Of a DNA stretch of 64,000 nt, positions 49,401 through 61,100 are shown piece after piece. The notes beneath the pieces were generated by a model that worked only from the letters and a program-made list of their open reading frames with translations, was not told the origin of the DNA and did no database searches. The stretch is from Eledone cirrhosa (lineage: Eukaryota), in contig OZ024744.1 of the NCBI GenBank assembly GCA_964016885.1, positions 48,174,001 through 48,238,000 on the forward strand, given 5' to 3'. Every line of letters begins with the position of its first letter. The first letter of the stretch is position 1. Position numbers and translations under genes: made by a program.

Positions 49401-52128
49401 AGACCAGAACACCAACCACATCACATTAGACTATCAAGACCAGAACACCAACCACATTAGACTATCAAGACCAGAACACCAACCGCATTAGACTATCAAG
49501 ACCAGAACACCAACCACATCACATTAGACTATCAAGACCAGAACACCAACCACATTAGACTATCAAGACCAGAACACCAACCACATCAGATTAGACTATC
49601 CTGACCAGAACACCAACCACATTAGACAATCAAGAACAGAACTCCAACCACATTACAATATCAAGACCAGAACACCAACCACATCACATTAGACTATCAA
49701 GACCAGAACACCAACCACATCACATTAGACTATCAAGACCAGAACACCAAACACATTAGACTATCATGACCAGAACACCAACCACATTAGACTATCAAGA
49801 CCATAACACCAACCACATCACATCAGACTATCAAGAGCAGAACACCAACCACATTAGACTATCAAGACCAGAACACCAACCACATTAGACTATCAAGACC
49901 AGAACACCAACCACATTAGACTATCAAGACCAGAACACCAACCACATTAGACTATCAAGACCAGAACACCAACCACATTAGACTATCAAGACCAGAACAC
50001 CAACCACATTAGACTATCAAGACCAGAACACCAACCACATTAGACTATCAAGACCAGAACACCAACCACATCACATAAGACTATCAAGACCAGAACATAA
50101 ACCACATCACATTAGACTATCAAGACCAGAACACCAACCACATCACATTAGACTATCAAGACCAGAACACCAACCACATCACATTAGACTATCAAGACCT
50201 GAACACCAACCACATCACATTAGACTATCAAGACCAGAACACCAACCACATTAGACTATCAAGACCAGAACACCAACCACATTAGACTATCAAGACCAGA
50301 ACACCAACCACATTAGACTATCAAGACCAGAACACCAACCACATTAGACTATCAAGACCAGAACGCCAACCACATTAGACTATCAAGTCCAGAACACCAA
50401 CCACATTAGACTATCAACACCAGAACACCAACCACATTAGACTATCAAGACCAGAACACCAACAACATCACATTAGACTATCAAGACCAGAACACCAACC
50501 ACATCACATTAGACTATCAAGACCAGAACACCAACCACATTAGACTATCAAGACCAGAACACCAACACATCACATTAGACTATCAAGACCAGAACACCAA
50601 CCACATCACAGTAGACTATCCTGACCAGAACACCAACCACATTAGACTATCAAGACCAGAACTCCAACCACATTAGACTATCAAGACCAGAACACCAACC
50701 ACATCACATTAGACTATCAAGACCAGAACACCAACCACATTAGACTATCAAGACCAGAACACCAACCACATCACATTAGACTATCAAGACCAGAACACCA
50801 ACCACATCACATTAGACTATCAAGACCAGAACACCAACCACATCACATTAGACTATCAAGACCATAACACAAACCACATTAGACTATCAAGACCATAACA
50901 CCAACCACATTAGACTATCAAGACCAGAACACCAACCACATTAGACTATCAAGACCAGAACACCAACCACATCACATAAGACTATCAAGACCAGAACATA
51001 AACCACATCACATTAGACTATCAAGACCAGAACACCAACCACATCACATTAGACTATCAAGACCAGAACACCAACCACATTAGACTATCAAGGACAGAAC
51101 ACCAACCATATTAGACTATCAAGACCAGAACACCAACCACATTAGACTATCAACAACAGAACACCAACCACATTAGACTATCAAGAACAGAACACCAACC
51201 ACATTAGACTATCAAGACCAGAACACCAACCACATCACATTAGCCTATCAAGAACAGAACACCAACCACATCACATTAGACTATCAAGACCAGAACACCA
51301 ACCACATTAGACTATCAAGACCAGAACTCCAACCACATCACATTAGACTATCAAGACCAGAACACCAACCACATTAGACTATCAAGACCAGAACACCAAC
51401 CACATCACATTAGACTATCAAGACCAGAACACCAACCACATCACATTAGACTATCAAGACCAGAACACCAACCACATCACATTAGACTATCAAGACCATA
51501 ACACCAACCACATTAGACTATCAAGACCATAACACCAACCACATTAGACTATCAAGACCAGAACACCAACCACATTAGACTATCAAGACCAGAACACCAA
51601 CCACATTAGACTATCAAGACCAGAACACCAACCACATCACATAAGACTATCAAGACCAGAACATAAACCACATCACATTAGACTATCAAGACCAGAACAC
51701 CAACCACATCACATTAGACTATCAAGACCAGAACACCAACCACATCACATTAGACCATCAAGACCAGAACACCAACCACATCACATTAGACTATCAAGAC
51801 CAGAACACCAACCACATCACATTAGACTATCAAGACCAGAACACCAACCACATTAGACTATCAAGACCAGAACACCAACCACATTAGACTATCAAGACCA
51901 GAACACCAACCACATTAGACTATCAAGACCAGAACACCAACCACATCACATAAGACTATCAAGACCAGAACATAAACCACATCACATTAGACTATCAAGA
52001 CCAGAACACCAACCACATCACATTAGACTATCAAGACCAGAACACCAACCACATCACATTAGACTATCAAGACCAGAACACTAACCACATTAGACTATCA
52101 AGACCAGAACACCAACCACATTAGACTA
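22810..52128 (+). repeat. Near-identical 14,637 bp tandem duplication (copy 1 ~22,810-37,470; copy 2 ~37,470-52,128)
   Basis: Rare variants show a constant 14,637 offset: CAGATTAGACTATCCTG 23204/37841, AATATCCAGA 24388/39025, TTGGACTATT 25234/39871, AAGGCAAG 31001/45638, AGGACAG 32506/47143, GACGATC 33441/48078, AAGTCC 35748/50385, CACTAA 37442/52079. Confidence 0.93.
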
Positions 52129-55100
52129 GCAAGACCAGAACACCAACCACATTAGACTATCAAGACCAGAACACCAACCACATTAGACTATCAAGACCAG
52201 AACTCCAACCACATTAGACTATCAAGACCAGAACACCAACCACATCACATTAGACTATCAAGACCAGAACACCAACCACATTAGACTATCAAGACCAGAA
52301 CACCAACAATATCATTTTAGACTACCAAGACCAGAACACCAACCACATTAGACTATCAAGACCAGAACACCAACAACATTAGACTATCAAGACCAGAACA
52401 CCAACCACATCACATTAGACTATCAAGACCAGAACACCAACCACGTTAGACTATCAAGACCAGAACACCAACCACATCACATTTGACTATCAAGACCAGA
52501 ACACCAACCACATCACATTAGACTATCAAGACCAGAACACAAACCACATCACATTAGACTATCAAGACCAGAACACCAACCACATCACATTAGACTATCA
52601 AGACCAGAACACCAACCACATTAGACTATCAAGACCAGAACTCCAACCACATTAGACTATCAAGAGAAGAACACCAACCACATCACTTTAGACTATCAAG
52701 ACCAGAACACCAACCACATTAGACTATCAAGACCAGAACTCCAACCACATTAGACTATCAAGACCAGAACACCAACAACATTAGACTATCAACACCAGAA
52801 CAGCAACCACATTAGTCTATCAAGACCAGAACTCCAACCACATTAGACTATCAAGACCAGAACACCAACCACATTAGACTATCAAGACCAGAACACCAAC
52901 CACATCACATTTGACTATCAAGAACAGAACACCAACCACATCACATTAGACTATCAAGACCAGAAAACCAACCACATCACATTAGACTATCAAGACCAGA
53001 ACACCAACCACATCACATTAGACTATCAAGACCAGAACACCAACCACATTAGACTATCAAGACCAGAACACCAACCACATCACATTAGACTATCAAGACC
53101 AGAACACCAACCACATTATACTATCAAGACCAGAACACCAACCACATTAGACTATCAAGACCAGAACACCAACCACATTAGACTATCAAGACCAGAACAC
53201 CAACCACATTAGACTATCAAGACCAGAACACCAACCACATTAGACTATCAAGACCAGAACACCAACCACATCACATTAGACTATCAAGACCAGAACACCA
53301 ACCACATTAGACTATCAAGACCAGAACACCAACCACATCACATTAGACTATCAAGACCAGAACACCAACCACATTAGACTATCAAGACCAGAACACCAAC
53401 CACATCAGATTAGACTATCCTGACCAGAACACCAACCACATTAGACAATCAAGAACAGAACTCCAACCACATTACAATATCAAGACCAGAACACCAACCA
53501 CATCACATTAGACTATCAAGACCAGAACACCAACCACATCACATTAGACTATCAAGACCAGAACACCAAACACATTAGACTATCATGACCATAACACCAA
53601 CCACATTAGACTATCAAGACCATAACACCAACCACATCACATCAGACTATCAAGAGCAGAACACCAACCACATTAGACTATCAAGACCAGAACACCAACC
53701 ACATTAGACTATCAAGACCAGAACAACAACCACATTAGACTATCAAGACCAGAACACCAACCACATTAGACTATCAAGACCAGAACACCAACCACATTAG
53801 ACTATCAAGACCAGAACACCAACCACATTAGACTATCAAGACCAGAACACCAACCACATTAGACTATCAAGACCAGAACACCAACCACATCACATAAGAC
53901 TATCAAGACCAGAACATAAACCACATCACATTAGACTATCAAGACCAGAACACCAACCACATCACATTAGACTATCAAGACCAGAACACCAACCACATCA
54001 CATTAGACTATCAAGACCTGAACACCAACCACATCACATTAGACTATCAAGACCAGAACACCAACAACATCACATTAGACTATCAAGACCAGAACACCAA
54101 CCACATTAGACTATCAAGAACAGAACACCAACAACATTAGACTATCAAGACCATAACACCAACCACATTAGACTATCAAGAACAGAACACCAACCACATT
54201 AGACTATCAAGACCAGAACACCAACAACAATAGACTATCAAGACCAGAACACCAACCACATTAGACTATCAAGAACAGAACACCAACCACATTAGACTAT
54301 CAAGACAAGAACACCAACCACATTAGACTATCAAGAACAGAACACCAACCACATTAGACTATCAAGAACAGAACACCAACCACATTAGACTATCAAGAAC
54401 AGAACACCAACCACATCACATTAGCCTATCAAGAACAGAACACCAACCACATTAGACTATCAAGACCAGAACACCAACCACATTAGACTATCAAAACCAG
54501 AACACCAACCACATCACATTAGACTATCAAGACCAGAACACCAACCACATTAGACTATCAAGACCAGAACACCAACCACATCACATTAGAATATCCAGAC
54601 CAGAACACCAACCATATCACATTAGACTATCAAGACCTGAACACCAACAACATCACATTAGACTATCAAGACCAGAACACCAACAACATCACATTAGACT
54701 ATCAAGACCAGAACACCAACCACATTAGACTATCAAGAACATAACACCAACAACATTAGACTATCAAGAACATAACACCAACCACATTAGACTATCAAGA
54801 ACAGAACACCAACCACATTAGACTATCAAGAACAGAACACCAACCACATTAGACTATCAAGACCAGAACACCAACCACATCACATTAGACTATCAAGACG
54901 TGAACACCAACCACATTAGACTATCAAGACCAGAACACCAACAACATTAGACTATCAAGACCAGAACACCAACCACATTAGACTATCAAGACCAGAACAC
55001 CAACCACATCACATTAGACTATCAAGACCAGAACACCAACAACATTAGACTATCAAGAACAGAACACCAACCACATTAGACTATCAATACCAGAACACCA

Positions 55101-58100
55101 ACCACATTAGACTATCAAGAACAGAACACAAACCACATTAGACCATCAAGACCAGAACACCAACCACATTAGACTATCAAGACCAGAACACCAAACACAT
55201 TACACTATCAAGAACAGAACACCAACCACATTAGACTATCAAGAACAGAACACCAACCACATTAGACTATCAAGAACAGAACACCAACCACATTAGACTA
55301 TCAAGAACAGAACACCAACCACATTAGACTATCAAGAACAGAACACCAACCACATTAGACTATCAAGAACAGAACACAAACCACATTAGACTATCAAGAC
55401 CAGAACATTAACAACATCACATAGTCTATCAAGACCAGAACACCAACAACATCACATTAGACTATCAAGACCAGAACACCACCCACATCACATTAGACTA
55501 TCAAGACCAGAACACCAAACACATCACATTAGACTATCAAGACCAGAACACCAACCACATTAGACTACCAAGACCAGAACACCAACCACATCACATTGGA
55601 CTATTAAGACCAGAACACCAACCACATTAGACTATCAAGACCAGAACTCCAACCACATTAGACTATCAAGACCAGAACACTAACCACATCACATTAGACT
55701 ATCAAAACCATAACACCAACCACATTAGACTATCAAGACCATAACACCAACCACATTAGACTATCAAGACCAGAACAACAACTAGATCACATTAGACTAT
55801 CAAGACCAGAACATCAACAATATCATTTTAGACTATCAAGACCAGAACACCAACAACATACCATTAGACTATCAAGACCAGAACACCAACCACATCACAT
55901 TAGACTATCAAGACCAGAACACCAACCACATCACATTAGACTATCAAGACCAGAACACCAACCACATCACATTAGACTATCAAGACGTGAACACCAACCA
56001 CATTAGACTATCAAGACCAGAACACCAACCACATTAGACTATCAAGACCAGAACACCAACCACATTAGACTATCAAGACCAGAACACCAACCACATCACA
56101 TTAGACTATCAAGACCAGAACACCAACCACATTAGATTTCAAGACCAGAACACCAACCACATTATACTATCAAGACCAGAACACCAACCACATCACATTA
56201 GAATATCAAGACCAGAACACCAACCACATTAGACTATCAAGACCAGAACACCAACCACATCACATTAGACTATCAAGAACAGAACACTAACCACATCACA
56301 TTAGACTATCAAGACCAGTACACCAACCACATCACATTAGACTATCAAGACCAGAACACCAACCACATCACATTAGACTATCAAGACGTGAACACCAACC
56401 ACATTAGACTATCAAGACCAGAACACCAACAACATTAGACTATCAAGACCAGAACACCAACCACATTAGACTATCAAGACCAGAACACCAACCACATCAC
56501 ATTAGACTATCAAGACCAGAACACCAACAACATCACATTAGACTACCAAGACCATAACACCAACCATATTAGACTATCAAGACCAGAACACCAACCACAT
56601 CACATTAGACTATCAAGACCAGAACACCAACCACATTAGACTATCAAGACCAGAACACCAATCACATTAGACTATCAAGACCAGAACACCAACCACATCA
56701 CATTAGAATATCAAGACCAGAACACCAACCACATTAGACTATCAAGACCAGAACACCAACCACATCACATTAGACTATCAAGACCAGAACACCAACCACA
56801 TTAGACTATCAAGAACAGAACACCAACCACATTAGACTATCAAGAAAAGAACACCAACCACATTAGACTATCAAGACCAGAACACCAACCACATCACATT
56901 AGACTATCAAGACCAGAACACTAACCACATTAGACTATCAAGACCAGAACACTAACAACATCACATAGTCTATCAAGACCAGAACACCAACAACATCACA
57001 TTAGACTATAAAGACCAGAACACCAACAACATCACATTAGACTATCAAGACCAGAATACCACCCACATCACATTAGACTATCAAAACCAGAACACCAAAC
57101 ACATCACATAAGACTATCAAGACCAGAACACCAACCACATTAGACTACCATGACCAGAACAACAACCACATCACATTAGACTATTAAGACCAGAACACCA
57201 ACCACATCACATTAGACTATCAAGACCAGAACACCAACCACATTAGACTATCAAGACCAGAAATCCAACCACATCACATTAGACTATCAAGACCAGAACA
57301 CCAACCACATTAGACTATCAAGACCAGAACACCAACCACATCACATTAGACTATCAAGACCAGAACACCAACCACATCACATTAGACTATCAAGACCAGA
57401 ACACCAACCACATCACATTAGACTATCAAGACCATAACACCAACCACATTAGACTATCAAGACCATAACACCAACCACATTAGACTATCAAGACCAGAAC
57501 ACCAACCACATTAGACTATCAAGACCAGAACACCAACCACATTAGACTATCAAGACCAGAACACCAACCACATCACATAAGACTATCAAGACCAGAACAT
57601 AAACCACATCACATTAGACTATCAAGACCAGAACACCAACCACATCACATTAGACTATCAAGACCAGAACACCAACCACATCACATTAGACCATCAAGAC
57701 CAGAACACCAACCACATCACATTAGACTATCAAGACCAGAACACCAACCACATCACATTAGACTATCAAGACCAGAACACCAACCACATTAGACTATCAA
57801 GACCAGAACACCAACCACATTAGACTATCAAGACCAGAACACCAACCACATTAGACTATCAAGACCAGAACACCAACCACATCACATAAGACTATCAAGA
57901 CCAGAACATAAACCACATCACATTAGACTATCAAGACCAGAACACCAACCACATCACATTAGACTATCAAGACCAGAACACCAACCACATCACATTAGAC
58001 TATCAAGACCAGAACACTAACCACATTAGACTATCAAGACCAGAACACCAACCACATTAGACTATCAAGACCAGAACACCAACCACATTAGACTATCAAG

Positions 58101-61100
58101 ACCAGAACACCAACCACATTAGACTATCAAGACCAGAACTCCAACCACATTAGACTATCAAGACCAGAATACCAACCACATCACATTAGACTATCAAGAC
58201 CAGAACACCAACCACATTAGACTATCAAGACCAGAACACCAACAATATCATTTTAGACTATCAAGACCAGAACACCAACCACATTAGACTATCAAGACCA
58301 GAACACCAACAACATTAGACTATCAAGACCAGAACACCAACCACATCACATTAGACTATCAAGACCAGAACACCAACCACGTTAGACTATCAAGACCAGA
58401 ACACCAACCACATCACATTTGACTATCAAGACCAGAACACCAACCACATCACATTAGACTATCAAGACCAGAACACAAACCACATCACATTAGACTATCA
58501 AGACCAGAACACCAACCACATCACATTAGACTATCAAGACCAGAACACCAACCACATTAGACTATCAAGACCAGAACTCCAACCACATTAGACTATCAAG
58601 AGAAGAACACCAACCACATCACATTAGACTATCAAGACCAGAACACCAACCACATTAGACTATCAAGACCAGAACTCCAACCACATTAGACTATCAAGAC
58701 CAGAACACCAACAACATTAGACTATCAACACCAGAACACCAACCACATTAGACTATCAAGACCAGAACTCCAACCACATTAGACTATCAAGACCAGAACA
58801 CCAACCACATTAGACTATCAAGACCAGAACACCAACCACATCACATTTGACTATCAAGACCAGAACACCAACCACATCACATTAGACTATCAAGACCATA
58901 ACACCAACCACATTAGACTATCAAGACCATAACACCAACCACATTAGACTATCAAGACCAGAACAACAACTAGATCACATTAGACTATCAAGACCAGAAC
59001 ATCAACAATATCATTTTAGACTATCAAGACCAGAACACCAACAAAATCACATTAGACTATCAAGACCAGAACACCAACCACATCACATTAGACTATCAAG
59101 ACCAGAACACCAACCACATCACATTAGACTATCAAGACCAGAACACCAACCACATCACATTAGACTATCAAGACGTGAACACCAACCACATTAGACTATC
59201 AAGACCAGAACACCAACCACATTAGACTATCAAGACCAGAACACCAACCACATTAGACTATCAAGACCAAAACACCAACCACATCACATTAGACTATCAA
59301 GACCAGAACACCAACCACATTAGATTTCAAGACCAGAACACCAACCACATTATACTATCAAGACCAGAACACCAACCACATCACATTAGACTATCAAGAA
59401 CAGAACACCAACCACATCACATTAGACTATCAAGACCAGAACACCAACCACATCACATTAGACTATCAAGACCAGAACACCAACCACATCACATTAGACT
59501 ATCAAGACGTGAACACCAACCACATTAGACTATCAAGACCAGAACACCAACCACATTAGACTATCAAGACCAGAACACCAACCACATTAGACTATCAAGA
59601 CCAGAACACCAACCACATCACATTAGACTATCAAGACCAGAACACCAACAACATCACATTAGACTATCAAGACCATAACACCAACCATATTAGACTATCA
59701 AGACCAGAACACCAACCACATCACGTTAGACTATCAAGACCAGAACACCAACCACATTAGACTATCAAGACCAGAAAACCAACCACATTAGACTATCAAG
59801 ACCAGAACACCAACCACATCACATTAGAATATCAAGACCAGAACACCAACCACATTAGACTATCAAGACCAGAACACCAACCACATCACATTAGACTATC
59901 AAAACCAGAACACCAACCACATTAGACTATCAAGAACAGAACACCAACCACATTAGACTATCAAGAACAGAACACCAACCTCATTAGACTATCAAGACCA
60001 GAACACCAACCACATCACATTAGACTATCAAGACCAGAACACTAACAACATCACATAGTCTATCAAGACCAGAACACCAACAACATCACATTAGACTATA
60101 AAGACCAGAACACCAACAACATCACATTAGACTATCAAGACCAGAACACCACCCACATCACATTAGACTATCAAAACCAGAACACCAAACACATCACATA
60201 AGACTATCAAGACCAGAACACCAACCACATTAGACTACCATGACCAGAACAACAACCACATCACATTAGACTATTAAGACCAGAACACCAACCACATCAC
60301 ATTAGACTATCAAGACCAGAACACCAACCACATTAGACTATCAAGACCAGAACTCCAACCACATCACATTAGACTATCAAGACCAGAACACCAACCACAT
60401 TAGACTATCAAGACCAGAACACCAACCACATCACATTAGACTATCAAGACCAGAACACCAACCACATCACATTAGAATATCAAGACCAGAACACCAACCA
60501 CATCACATTAGACTATCAAGACCATAACACCAACCACATTAGACTATCAAGACCATAACACCAACCACATTAGACTATCAAGACCAGAACACCAACCACA
60601 TTAGACTATCAAGACCAGAACACCAACCACATTAGACTATCAAGACCAGAACACCAACCACATCACATAAGACTATCAAGACCAGAACATAAACCACATC
60701 ACATTAGACTATCAAGACCAGAACACCAACCACATCACATTAGACTATCAAGACCAGAACACCAACCATATCACATTAGACTATCAAGAGCAGAACACCA
60801 ACCACATCACATTAGACTATCAAGACCAGAACACCAACCACATCACATTAGACTATCAAGACCAGAACACCAGCCACATTAGACTATCAAGACCAGAACA
60901 CCAACTACATTAGACTATCAAGACCAGAACACCAACCACATTAGACTATCAAGACCAGAACACCAACCACATCACATAAGACTATCAAGACCAGAACATA
61001 AACCACATCACATTAGACTATCAAGACCAGAACACCAACCACATCACATTAGACTATCAAGACCAGAACACCAACCACATCACATTAGACTATCAAGACC

